A stretch of 56,631 nucleotides of DNA, from NCBI GenBank assembly GCA_037440545.1, contig JBBITX010000001.1, positions 1-56,631 of the forward strand, given 5' to 3'. This stretch comes from Candidatus Bathyarchaeota archaeon (GTDB lineage: Archaea; Thermoproteota; Bathyarchaeia; Bathyarchaeales; Bathycorpusculaceae). The notes below the pieces were generated by a model. The model did not search any database, was not told the origin of the DNA, and saw nothing but the letters and a program-made list of their open reading frames with translations. Below, one piece after another: positions 37,353 to 46,258 of this stretch. Position 1 is the stretch's first letter, and every line of letters begins with the position of its first letter. Position numbers and translations under genes: made by a program.

Positions 37353-38243
37353 CTAAATGTCTGTCCGTAATTTTAGGATGTGGGCTATGTTGGCTTTCGT
37401 TTCAATCTTTGGGATAATTTTTCCTTTCGATGAGGTGAAAAGGGTTGTGACTCCTGGGCCGTGTCCAGAGGTTACGCAGTTAGTATGTACGATTATGCCA
37501 ACTGTGATAGCGCCTTTCCTGTATATCCTTCCGTAAGTGTGATCAGCATCTAGTATTGCCACCAAATCTCCAAGTCTTAAGTCTTCAAGTCCATACTCTT
37601 TAATTGTGTTCTCATCAAAAAGTTGTATGTCGTAATCTCCGGAATAGGTTTGATTGGCACCTAAGCCTGATCCCATGACTCCTGCGGGAATTATGTGTGT
37701 AACTGGAACTTCAAGCTTATCGTTGTTGGGCTTCGGATTTAAAGCCTCTAAAAATAGAGGATCCATGTTCATAACTTTAATATCTGGATAATCTGAAAGT
37801 TTTAAGCCTACGCCGAAGGCTTTTATGAGAACTTTGTCTCCAAGCATAAGCTTCTCTAAGACTGAGGGCTGGAAATCTACAAGGACGTGTTCTATTCCGC
37901 CGTGCTTACCGGTGACAACTCCCTTCGAGCCTTTCGCGTCTCCTGAGAAGACAACAGCCTCGTTTCCCACACATGAAAGCACATTTAAAGCAGTGTTTGC
38001 ACTTTGTCCGAAACGCGGGTCGTTCTCTTTGTTTTCTATGCTGACTCCAGGCTCCACGTGGTCTGCTTCCCATCCGCATGCGGGGTCACCCACCCTAACG
38101 TTATATGTTATTCCCCCAACTCCAGGTAAAACCATTGGAATGCCCTCAGCGGAAATATTGTATATACCTCTTCCATAAATTGGACTTGCTATTTCGCCTA
38201 CAACTGATATTTTAACCAGTTTATCACTGTTTGTTCTTAACAT
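37353..38243 (-). CDS. DUF4438-like protein
   Basis: 296-aa ORF with a Gly-rich beta-type sequence. The family name is from memory only. Confidence 0.5.
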   Translation of the reverse strand: MLRTNSDKLVKISVVGEIASPIYGRGIYNISAEGIPMVLPGVGGITYNVRVGDPACGWEADHVEPGVSIENKENDPRFGQSANTALNVLSCVGNEAVVFSGDAKGSKGVVTGKHGGIEHVLVDFQPSVLEKLMLGDKVLIKAFGVGLKLSDYPDIKVMNMDPLFLEALNPKPNNDKLEVPVTHIIPAGVMGSGLGANQTYSGDYDIQLFDENTIKEYGLEDLRLGDLVAILDADHTYGRIYRKGAITVGIIVHTNCVTSGHGPGVTTLFTSSKGKIIPKIETKANIAHILKLRTDI

Positions 38244-38399
38244 TTTACATTCTCCATAAAAAAGAGAGTGGCATGGTCTTAATAAACTTCTGGATTGAAT
38301 TCTGATTTAGCATTAAGTATAATAAGTTTTAAATGCTCGTTTTTCTTTTGAGTTGAGTGAGCGGGCAAGTACCATAAAATATGGTTGTGGGCTGGTTAA

Positions 38400-38981
38400 A
38401 TGGCTGAAATTGGTTTAAGGTCGAAAATGCTTGTTAGGGATGTCATGAGCAGCCCCGTTGTAACTGTAGATGAAAATTCAAAAGTTAACCATGTGGCGGA
38501 GCTTATGGACAAGCATGGCTTGGGCTGCATAATAGTGACGAGCAAGGATGGAAAGCCTATTGGAATAATAACTGAAAGAGATCTTGTTTCAAGGGTTTTA
38601 GCTGCAAACATTAAACCCGACTCTATGAGGGCAAGGGAGGTTATGACAACCCCCCTCATAACAATTGAGCCTGATGCGACGATAAGTGAGGCAGCTAGGA
38701 GGATGAGCAGGCTTAACATTAGAAGACTTGGAGTTGTATACAGGGGACAGCTTATCGGAATACTTTCAAGTAAGGATATTCTGATGGTGATGCCGGAACT
38801 TATTGAAACTATGCAGGAGAAAGCCCTAATAGAAGGAGAAAACATGGCTCAGGTAAACATTGAAGCTGAAACGTCTTTAGCAGGATACTGTGACCGCTGC
38901 GGAGGGTGGTCGGATAACCTAAAAGATTTTAACGGAGAATTTTTATGTGAGGACTGCCTAGCCGAACTTAAGGGCGAATAA
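38400..38981 (+). CDS. CBS-pair protein with C-terminal C4 zinc ribbon
   Basis: Two CBS repeats (VMSSPVVTV...GIITERDL and VMTTPLITI...GILSSKDI), followed by CDRCGG...CEDC. Confidence 0.8.
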   Translation: MAEIGLRSKMLVRDVMSSPVVTVDENSKVNHVAELMDKHGLGCIIVTSKDGKPIGIITERDLVSRVLAANIKPDSMRAREVMTTPLITIEPDATISEAARRMSRLNIRRLGVVYRGQLIGILSSKDILMVMPELIETMQEKALIEGENMAQVNIEAETSLAGYCDRCGGWSDNLKDFNGEFLCEDCLAELKGE

Positions 38982-38999
38982 TGGTTCAGAGGCGATTTT

Positions 39000-39800
39000 T
39001 TGCGTGTTAAAGAGATAGTTAACGAGAAGCACCCCTTCATTTATTATGATGAACTTGCCACAAAAGCCCGTGCAATTATTCGCGATTTCTCTTTAAGAAT
39101 TTTACCTACTGTAGATAGAGATAAAAAATTGCTTGGCGTAGTTACCCGTAGTTCTATAATGGCCATATCCTCATCAGTTTCTCCCATAAAAGTGAAAGGT
39201 GTTATGGTTAACGCCAAGCATGTCGCTGCTATGGAGGACGATGTTTTCCAGACTGTTAGAGAGATGATTAGGCTAGATGAAGGGTGTATTCCGGTTGTAA
39301 ACTCTCATGCATATAATATTCTCAGTGGCGTTTTAGGCTTGGAAAATTTTATAGACGCCATTATCAAAACAAGCCCGGAAAAGCTTTCTAAACCTGTTTC
39401 AGAAATAATGTCCATAAACGTTTTAACATGCTCGCCAGATGATGAAGTGGACGATGTTTGGCGAATAATGCAGGACAGATCTTTCTCCGGTTTGCCTGTC
39501 ACATCTAAGAACAAGCTCGTTGGGATCGTAACGCAAAAAGACCTTCTTGAAAGTGGAGCATTAATGCCCACCTTTGAATCTAAAAAGGGGAGGTTTCGAA
39601 AGTCCACTAAGATTTCCCTAATTATGGAGAGGCAGGTTATAGCTGTGAAACCTTCAGTAAAAGCCATAGGAGTTGCAAAAGTGATGGTTTCAAAGAATAT
39701 TGGAAGAGTTCCAGTAGTTGACGAGGATGGAAAGCTGGTAGGCATAGTAGACAGAGAGGACATAGCGAAGATGATAATCCGATGGGGAGAAAAGTCATGA
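39000..39800 (+). CDS. Four-CBS-domain protein
   Basis: Four CBS-like repeats, TTG start. Confidence 0.75.
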   Translation: MRVKEIVNEKHPFIYYDELATKARAIIRDFSLRILPTVDRDKKLLGVVTRSSIMAISSSVSPIKVKGVMVNAKHVAAMEDDVFQTVREMIRLDEGCIPVVNSHAYNILSGVLGLENFIDAIIKTSPEKLSKPVSEIMSINVLTCSPDDEVDDVWRIMQDRSFSGLPVTSKNKLVGIVTQKDLLESGALMPTFESKKGRFRKSTKISLIMERQVIAVKPSVKAIGVAKVMVSKNIGRVPVVDEDGKLVGIVDREDIAKMIIRWGEKS

Positions 39801-40702
39801 GTAGAGAAACTTTTAGAAGAACTTTAAGGGATAAGGGCCCTTTAATTCTAAGATCGTCAATTGCAAAACGTGAAGGAGAGATAATGCAGATAGCTAAAAG
39901 CCCAGTTGTAACAATGGCTCAGACTACTCCAATTTACAAAGCAGTAAAAGTAATGGCGAAGGAGGGTTTACGCAGAATACCTGTCGCCAAACCGGGAACA
40001 AAAGCATTGGAGGGAATAATAACAGCCACTGACATAATCGACTATTTAGGCGGTGGTAAAAAGTTTGAGCTAATACAGCAGAAATTTGGAGGAAACATTT
40101 TCACAGCCATAAATGAGCCTATAAAACTGATAATGACGCAGAAAGTCTTCTCTGTGAAGTCAACTGCAAAAATAAGCGAGGCAATCCACATTATGAAGGA
40201 TGAAAAAGTCGGCGGTTTGCCGGTTGTCGACGAACAAAACCGCGTAAGGGCGATAATAACTGAAAGAGACATAGCCTACATTTTAGCTGACAGGCTGAGC
40301 GGCGTAAAAGTATCGCAGCTTATGACTAGTAATGTTGTTACAGCAAATGTTAAAACAACAATTTTTGAAGCTGAAAAAATCATGATAACAAATGGGTTTA
40401 GAAGGCTGCCAATAGTCTCAGACAAAAGGGTAGTAGGCATAATATCAGTTATGGATATAATTCGCTTTTTCGGCACCGGAGAAGTTTTTAAACATATACA
40501 ATCAGGAGCATTAACCCAGATTTTAAACAGAAAAGCCATAGAAATTGCCGCTAAAGATTTGGCAACACTTGAATCTGAAATGGATGTTGGACAAGCTGCA
40601 AAAATGATGAGGGATAAAAACCTAGGAGCACTGCTTGTTGTAAAAGACGACAATCTTGTCGGCATAATAACAGAGAGAGACTTCTTCAAAATAATAGAAT
40701 AA
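39797..40702 (+). CDS. Four-CBS-domain protein
   Basis: Four CBS repeats ending ...GIITERDFFKII. ATG 39797 forms an ATGA overlap with the upstream stop; ATG 39782 is the alternative start. Confidence 0.75.
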   Translation: MSRETFRRTLRDKGPLILRSSIAKREGEIMQIAKSPVVTMAQTTPIYKAVKVMAKEGLRRIPVAKPGTKALEGIITATDIIDYLGGGKKFELIQQKFGGNIFTAINEPIKLIMTQKVFSVKSTAKISEAIHIMKDEKVGGLPVVDEQNRVRAIITERDIAYILADRLSGVKVSQLMTSNVVTANVKTTIFEAEKIMITNGFRRLPIVSDKRVVGIISVMDIIRFFGTGEVFKHIQSGALTQILNRKAIEIAAKDLATLESEMDVGQAAKMMRDKNLGALLVVKDDNLVGIITERDFFKIIE

Positions 40703-40754
40703 AGAACTGGAAAATGCAACAAAGCCTATCCTCAGATTTTAGAATCGTGGTTTA

Positions 40755-41825
40755 ATGTCTAAAGAAACGCCATGTTTTAAAGTGCCAAAAAATGATGGAG
40801 AAAAAGCCATAATTATGGCTAACAAACTTAAAATAATCGATAAGGCCCTCCAAATAAAGAGAAATAAAACCCACATTTACATACCGTTAATACGTGGCAT
40901 ATCCCAGAGCGAACTAGAAGAAATCAGGAAAACAATACATGATATAGAAATTTCAACTTCCGCCTTCACTGAAAGAAGAATGCGCAAAGCAACTTACACA
41001 GAGCTTTTAGATGGCAAACTTCCCCCCTATTTGTTGGCCAGTTTACCAAAGTCAATAGATTTCGTGGGAGACATCGCCATAATTGAGCTTCCACCTGAAC
41101 TTGGCCCATATGAAAACCTCATAGGCGAAGCAATAATACAAGCTCAAAGAGGCATACGAACAGTTTTAGCTAAAGCCGGCGCCGTCGCTGGAACATACCG
41201 CCTAAGAGAGTATAAGCTGATAGCTGGAGAGCCTAAAAGTGAAACAATCCATAAGGAGTATGGATGCAAGTACTTGGTTGATTTGGCTAAAGCCTATTTT
41301 TCCCCAAGGCTTTCACACGAGCATTACAGGATAGCCTCACAAGTTCAGGAAGGTGAAACAGTAATAGACATGTTTGCAGGAATAGGCCCATTTTCCATTT
41401 TAATTGCGAAAACCCATAATAACATTAAGGTTTACGCCATAGACATAAACCCAGATGCAGTGGCTTATCTGAAAAAGAATATTCTATTAAACAGGGTTGA
41501 GGGAAAAGTTCATCCTATCTTAGGAGACGCGCGAGAAGTGGTTAGGCAAAAGCTCACCTACAAATCTGATCGAGTAATAATGAATTTGCCAGAGAAATCC
41601 ATAGAGTTCATTGATGTGGCCTGCGAGGCTTTAAGACGGGATGGCGGAATAATACATTTTTACAGTTTTATCAGATCTTCGGAATCATTAGATAATTTTA
41701 AAGAGCTTTTAAAGGAGAAAATTGAAGAATATGGGAGAAGGGTAGAGGAAATTCTTCACATAAGGTTTGTTCGAGAGACAGCACCCTACCAATGGCAGAT
41801 AGCCTTGGATTTGAAAATTAGATAA
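40755..41825 (+). CDS. trm5: tRNA (guanine37-N1)-methyltransferase Trm5/Taw22 family
   Basis: D1-D2 domains followed by a class I MTase with DMFAGIGPFSI and NLP motifs. Confidence 0.85.
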   Translation: MSKETPCFKVPKNDGEKAIIMANKLKIIDKALQIKRNKTHIYIPLIRGISQSELEEIRKTIHDIEISTSAFTERRMRKATYTELLDGKLPPYLLASLPKSIDFVGDIAIIELPPELGPYENLIGEAIIQAQRGIRTVLAKAGAVAGTYRLREYKLIAGEPKSETIHKEYGCKYLVDLAKAYFSPRLSHEHYRIASQVQEGETVIDMFAGIGPFSILIAKTHNNIKVYAIDINPDAVAYLKKNILLNRVEGKVHPILGDAREVVRQKLTYKSDRVIMNLPEKSIEFIDVACEALRRDGGIIHFYSFIRSSESLDNFKELLKEKIEEYGRRVEEILHIRFVRETAPYQWQIALDLKIR

Positions 41826-42124
41826 ATTTTATTTTCTCCAAGAAAAATTAAAACTAAACATAGATATCATACAAAGCTTTTGAGCTTAACTTCATTGTCT
41901 TCTCGCGATTTAGCATAGTGGAAAAATGGGAGCTGATCTGGACGCCTAAAATTTGCGCTGAGTGATGCAAGAAATGGGTGATTTTTGAATAACCGATTTA
42001 ACAGAATTAGCCTTGAAAAGAATGTGAATTTTGTATGAGCGCTGCGAAGCTTCTAAAAAGATTTAGAGACAAAAACTAGAAGGTTTAAATTTCAAAAGGG
42101 AGAAGGTTGGGTCTGGCTTGGTGG

Positions 42125-42559
42125 CTAAACCTTAACTGAAAGCGTGATGTGTACTTTTTCATTTGGATTTCTAAGTTTTTCCACAAGGTCTCTTGAAAGG
42201 TCACATGCGGCTTTGGCTGAGTTTATCGCCAACGTTCGGCTGCATATGTAGTTGCTTTTTCTCACAACCATATCTGTGGGATGATCTAAGATTAGGAGTG
42301 GGCTTCCGTAAGCTGTTACTGTATCCATGGTTCCGCCTGCCTTAATGAGGATGGATAGCTTTGAGTTTTCCCTGCGCAAACTTTTCTTAAAATTTGAGTT
42401 TAGTTCCCGTAAGCCTTTATTAGCTGAAACGGCTATGATGCAATTGCCTCTCTTCGTTAAGCTATTTTCTTTAGTGATTTCGAGTGTTGATCTGTGAGTT
42501 GCCTGAATGTTAGCATGTCCGTAGGCTATAATTGTCTCTGACATCTCCACAGTTTCCAC
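42125..42559 (-). CDS. DUF371 family protein
   Basis: ...IIAYGHANIQATHRSTLEITKE... typical N-terminus. The start is GTG 42559 or ATG 42544. Confidence 0.7.
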   Translation of the reverse strand: METVEMSETIIAYGHANIQATHRSTLEITKENSLTKRGNCIIAVSANKGLRELNSNFKKSLRRENSKLSILIKAGGTMDTVTAYGSPLLILDHPTDMVVRKSNYICSRTLAINSAKAACDLSRDLVEKLRNPNEKVHITLSVKV

Positions 42560-42782
42560 CTATCCTGGCAAAGGGACTATAATTCTTTAGAGAGGTATAG
42601 AGCGGTTTTTCCATTTTCGTAAAGCTTATGGTTATATTCACAGATTTTGAAGCTATTTTCTTCTGCCGCGAAAACTTGCATTCTTCGTTTGGATTTTTAA
42701 AATTAAAAAGCACTTCCAATTTCTCGTTTAGAGGTTTATTATTTCGTTTAATGAACTTGATTATATGAGGCAAGTCTTCCAT
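42510..42782 (-). CDS. Questionable small Lys-rich ORF upstream of the DUF371 gene
   Basis: It exists only as an ORF in an AT-rich spacer. Its last ~17 codons overlap the DUF371 start. No family recognised. Confidence 0.15.
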   Translation of the reverse strand: MEDLPHIIKFIKRNNKPLNEKLEVLFNFKNPNEECKFSRQKKIASKSVNITISFTKMEKPLYTSLKNYSPFARIGGNCGDVRDNYSLRTC

Positions 42783-42807
42783 TCTGGCGCATGAATGTTT
42801 AACATGT

Positions 42808-43776
42808 CTATTCCAAAACCTCGATAGAGTCCACTTTTCCGTCGCCGTCTAAGTCAAAGCCTTGAATAACTCTTGCAAAAGTGTCCTCGCCATTGTAGTC
42901 TCTTAAAGTTTTGTTGCAGAAGTTTGTTAAGGCTAAAACGCATGCTTTTGTGCCTACAGCCTTATTCCCTGCCAAAACTATAACATGTTTACTCATATCC
43001 CATGGGTTTATGATTTTTGCCACTAATCCAACAGTGTCTGCCGTATAAACTTGCGATGTCTTCCTCGAAACGAGCCCTCCGAACAAGAAGCCTTGTTCTG
43101 AAGGTTTCATTTCAAACTTTAAAGGTAAATATTCGTTTAGCTCCTGTGTTAAAAGATTTGTTCCAGGCCCTCCAACCAAAATCATGTTGTTTTTTTCCTC
43201 TTTCTCCGCTTTAACGTCAACATCAAGTTTCACGGAGAAATCTTCAGGCATACGGGTGAACTGCCCCAAGAAGAAGGCCAAATGGGAAGCGTAATGGCCA
43301 TCCCTTGCACTTGTCCTATACGGTCCATGCGGCATAGGACTTCCGACAATTATTTTTCCATTAAATACGCCGTCTTCTCTTACAAAACTTTTGAAAAATG
43401 TTTGAGCAGGCTCGCTTAGGATTGGAGGCGGCAGCCTCTCCATAATCTTGTAGCCATTGGGCAACTCTATCCCAAAAGCAGTTGAAGTTGCTTTGTAATA
43501 TTTTGCCGTAACTCCCTTTTTCTCCTCTTGCCTCGTTATGGCTATGGCTCCAGCCTTTGCAAGTTTCCTCATGTGATAATAAACTTTCTGCTCGTGGATT
43601 CGAAGCACTTTTGCAATTTCAATAGGATACATTTCTCTTTCAGAAAGCATTGTTAAAATCCTCCAACTAAGCTTGTCCAACATCATTTTAAGCTTTTCAG
43701 GGTCTTCGATTATTTTAATTTCCTTAACTCTGTTCATTCTTCCCTCTTCGCTAAGAAGTAAAAGCTTTTTTGACAT
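42808..43776 (-). CDS. ArsR-type wHTH regulator with large C-terminal domain
   Basis: LSWRILTMLSEREMYPIEIAKVLRIHEQKVYYHMRKLAKAGAI, followed by about 220 aa of an unassigned domain. Confidence 0.6.
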   Translation of the reverse strand: MSKKLLLLSEEGRMNRVKEIKIIEDPEKLKMMLDKLSWRILTMLSEREMYPIEIAKVLRIHEQKVYYHMRKLAKAGAIAITRQEEKKGVTAKYYKATSTAFGIELPNGYKIMERLPPPILSEPAQTFFKSFVREDGVFNGKIIVGSPMPHGPYRTSARDGHYASHLAFFLGQFTRMPEDFSVKLDVDVKAEKEEKNNMILVGGPGTNLLTQELNEYLPLKFEMKPSEQGFLFGGLVSRKTSQVYTADTVGLVAKIINPWDMSKHVIVLAGNKAVGTKACVLALTNFCNKTLRDYNGEDTFARVIQGFDLDGDGKVDSIEVLE

Positions 43777-44134
43777 GGCTTTTCATGAAAATAAAGTCGT
43801 TCTTTGATTAAAATTTTATTCGGCTTTAAAATGACGAGCAAATGTTCAAACTGTACTATTCATCGAGCATGAACTGTAATATGCTACTTAAAATGTTCTG
43901 CTAAACCATTAAAAGGAACTTGTTGAAAATATGGCATACTGCAGGCGAATATGTAGAAGTTATAAATTTTTTAATAACTTTATTAAAAGTTACTCATTCA
44001 TCTATTTTTCTTGTCGGGTGAAAGTAGGGTTAAAGCAAACAAAATTTTTGTCATTTTAAGAATTCTCTATTAACAACATTTTTAATGGTAAAGAGCTTAT
44101 TAAGGTTGTAAAATATGGGCCTTGGGGCATTATA

Positions 44135-45964
44135 ATGTGCGGTATCTTTGGATGCATACTTAAAGACGGAATGGCTGCGCCCGTAATACATCAAGCTCTT
44201 AAAAGGCTTGAATATAGAGGCTATGACTCTGTTGGTGAGGCGACGGTGTATGAGGGGAAACTGTACATAAAGAAGGACAGCGGTAAAATAGATGATGTTC
44301 ACAGGCTTCACAACCTCGAAGATTTGCCTGGACGCATAGGTTTGGGACATACCAGATGGGCTACTCACGGGGCTCCCTTAATGGTTAACGCCCATCCTCA
44401 CACTGACTGTGAGGGTAAAATAGCCGTAGTCCATAATGGGATAATCGAAAACTTTGCTGAGCTTAAGCTTGAGCTGGAAAATAAAGGCCATGTTTTTAAA
44501 TCTAAAACAGACACAGAGGTTGTTCCCCACTTGATTGAAGATGTTTTACGAAATAACCCTTCTCTAAGCTTTACGGACGCTGTTCTTGAAAGTGTCCGAA
44601 GGCTTTCCGGTTCCTATGCCTTGGCTGTAATTTCGCCAAAAGACCCTGATAAAATTGTTTGCGCCAGATATGAAAGTCCCCTTGTTGTAGGGCTAGGCGA
44701 AGACGCAGTTTACTTTGCTTCAGATATTCCAGCCTTCCTGCCCTTAACAAATAAAGCGCTTATAGTTGAAAATGGGGAATTAGTAATTCTATCTTTAGAA
44801 GGCGTTACTATTAAGAAAATTTCTGATGCAAGCCAGGTTACAAGAGAACCTAAAATCATCGACTGGACACCTGAAATGGCTGTTAAGCAGGGTTACCCCC
44901 ATTTTATGTTAAAGGAGATATATGAGCAGCCAGCCTGTTTAAGAAACACTTTGAGGCTGCAAGAACATTATCTGGACTTGATGGCGACATTTCTGGATAG
45001 AGGAAGGGAAGTGTTTCTTGTAGCTTGCGGTACCTCATACCATGCTTGTTTAGCTGCCTCTTACATGTTTTCCAAACTGGCTTTTCTCGCCACATATCCC
45101 GTTATAGCTTCAGAATTCATAGAGCAACATGGGAAATCAGTAAATATTGACAGCACAATTCTTGCGGTAAGCCAGTCAGGAGAAACAGCTGACACATTAG
45201 CGGCTATAAGTGCAGCTCATCAAAGAGCGGCAACAATCCTCGGATTAACAAACGTTATAGGGTCAACCCTTACTAGAATTTCAAGGGTTTATATATGTCA
45301 GCAGTCTGGTCCGGAAATAGGCGTGGCGGCCACAAAAACTTTCACCTCTCAGCTTTCAGTTTTGGCTCAACTCGCCTTAAGACTTGCAAAGAAGAGGGGC
45401 AAGATATCTCAGGATGAAATGGACCATTTGGAAGTTAAGTTGAAGCAGCTTCCAGACCTTGTGGAAACAGTAATTAAAACTCAGGAAGATAAAATTCAGC
45501 ATATCGCTAAAAAGTATAAGGATGAGAAAATATTCTTTTTCCTCGGCCGTGGGATAAACACAGCAACAGCCTATGAGGGAAGATTGAAACTAATGGAAAT
45601 AGCCTATGTACCGGCTATAGCATTTCCAGCTGGCGAAAGCAAACACGGCCCGATAAGCCTTGTCGAAAAAGGTTTCCCTGTGGTTTTCATCTGTCCAAAA
45701 GATGAAACTCACAAGACTATTATAGGTAATATTATGGAGATGAAGGCTAGAGGTGCCTCAGTGATAGCTATTATGGAGGAAGGCGATGAGGAAGTCAAAA
45801 AGCTTGCCGACGATTACGTTGAAGTACCTAGGGGGATCCCAGATGTCTTATCACCCATACCGTTTGTGGTGCCGCTTCAACTCTTAGCTTATTATATTGC
45901 TGTTGAGAGAGGATACGATCCTGACAAGCCTAGAAACTTGGCTAAGTCGGTAACTGTTAAGTGA
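44135..45964 (+). CDS. glmS: Glutamine--fructose-6-phosphate aminotransferase (isomerizing)
   Basis: MCGIFG N-terminal nucleophile, two SIS domains, and C-terminal ...PRNLAKSVTVK. Confidence 0.95.
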   Translation: MCGIFGCILKDGMAAPVIHQALKRLEYRGYDSVGEATVYEGKLYIKKDSGKIDDVHRLHNLEDLPGRIGLGHTRWATHGAPLMVNAHPHTDCEGKIAVVHNGIIENFAELKLELENKGHVFKSKTDTEVVPHLIEDVLRNNPSLSFTDAVLESVRRLSGSYALAVISPKDPDKIVCARYESPLVVGLGEDAVYFASDIPAFLPLTNKALIVENGELVILSLEGVTIKKISDASQVTREPKIIDWTPEMAVKQGYPHFMLKEIYEQPACLRNTLRLQEHYLDLMATFLDRGREVFLVACGTSYHACLAASYMFSKLAFLATYPVIASEFIEQHGKSVNIDSTILAVSQSGETADTLAAISAAHQRAATILGLTNVIGSTLTRISRVYICQQSGPEIGVAATKTFTSQLSVLAQLALRLAKKRGKISQDEMDHLEVKLKQLPDLVETVIKTQEDKIQHIAKKYKDEKIFFFLGRGINTATAYEGRLKLMEIAYVPAIAFPAGESKHGPISLVEKGFPVVFICPKDETHKTIIGNIMEMKARGASVIAIMEEGDEEVKKLADDYVEVPRGIPDVLSPIPFVVPLQLLAYYIAVERGYDPDKPRNLAKSVTVK

Positions 45965-46043
45965 AACGAAACATTTTACCCACGTGGAAATGCAAATTTG
46001 TTAAATGCCTATCTCGCATATGTTATTATTATAGGTGTAAATA

Positions 46044-46227
46044 TTGGAAAGAGACTGGGAAAGACTCATTGAAAGTTTGATGAGGGAAGGGATTCTGCGC
46101 TCTCCAGCTGTTATAAAGGCTATGCGTTCAGTGCCAAGGGCAAAGTTTCTACCTGAGAATATGCAGGCGTACAGCTCTGTTGATACGCCTCTTCCAATTG
46201 GATTCGGGCAGACTGTTTCTGCGCCAC
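46044..46227 (+). CDS. pcm: Protein-L-isoaspartate O-methyltransferase, proposed exon 1
   Basis: ...VPRAKFLPE...AYSSVDTPLPIGFGQTVSAP + first base of His codon. The colinear frame runs on into GLSFRLG and then TAG at 46251. Confidence 0.8.
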
Positions 46228-46258
46228 ATGGCCTAAGCTTTAGGCTTGGCTAGGCGAA
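46228..46258 (+). other. Candidate 31-nt bulge-helix-bulge (BHB) intron inside pcm
   Basis: Hand fold gives the following elements. Helix h: U46220-A46261 and G46221-C46260. Helix H: C46222-G46256, G46223-C46255, C46224-G46254 and C46225-G46253. Bulge 1: A46226 C46227 A46228. Helix h': U46229-A46252, G46230.U46251, G46231-C46250, C46232-G46249 and C46233-G46248. Bulge 2: A46257 A46258 A46259. Cutting after the second bulge nucleotide removes 46228..46258 and restores SAPHMVAIM in frame. Confidence 0.55.

Noticed and set aside
41958-42000. C/D-box sRNA-like words (CTGA followed by GTGATGC) in the Trm5/DUF371 convergent spacer.
   Set aside because: The box C match is imperfect (GUGAUGC). No properly spaced D, C' or D' boxes or terminal stem could be found on either strand.
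42510-42782. A 90-aa ORF between the ArsR-like and DUF371 genes, considered as a real gene.
   Set aside because: It is kept only as a very low-confidence feature. It is AT-rich and Lys/Asn-rich, overlaps the DUF371 start, has no recognisable motif, and occupies what is probably the DUF371 promoter region.
43777-44134. 358-nt spacer upstream of glmS, examined for a glmS ribozyme/riboswitch or an origin-like repeat structure.
   Set aside because: The glmS ribozyme is a bacterial element. The spacer is uniformly AT-rich with no GC-rich paired core. Only short repeats of 6-7 nt are present (AACTGTA twice, AAGTTAT/ATAACTT). It is most simply two divergent promoters.
44690-44701. An 11-nt identity (GGCTAGGCGAA) between the pcm insert and glmS, and 8-9-nt identities elsewhere (GCCTAAGC at 21951, TTTAGGCTT at 28853). 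These were considered as evidence that the insert is a repeated mobile mini-element.
   Set aside because: Matches of this length are expected by chance in a window of this size when both strands are considered. No second full-length copy of the 31-nt sequence was seen.
46239-46253. Programmed +1 frameshift (UUU AGG C resembles the Ty1 CUU AGG C site) or translational bypass between the two CAT codons (46227 and 46260) as a way to read through the pcm interruption.
   Set aside because: A +1 shift would insert about 10 unrelated residues into the invariant SAPHMVA motif. AGG does not look like a rare codon in this sequence. CAT-to-CAT hopping lands in the wrong frame (GGT TGC AAT AAT GAA TGA).
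46223-46256. Alternative BHB register at the pcm break. It uses H = G46223-C46250, C46224-G46249, C46225-G46248 and A46226-U46247, a 7-bp hairpin 46230..46246, and bulges CAU (46227..46229) and UAG (46251..46253).
   Set aside because: It is structurally attractive, but rule-based cleavage would remove 24 nt (46229..46252) and give ...SAPQAKHGCNNE followed by a stop. It restores neither the frame nor the conserved motif. The 31-nt register does both, so this fold is treated as a competing or alternative secondary structure only.
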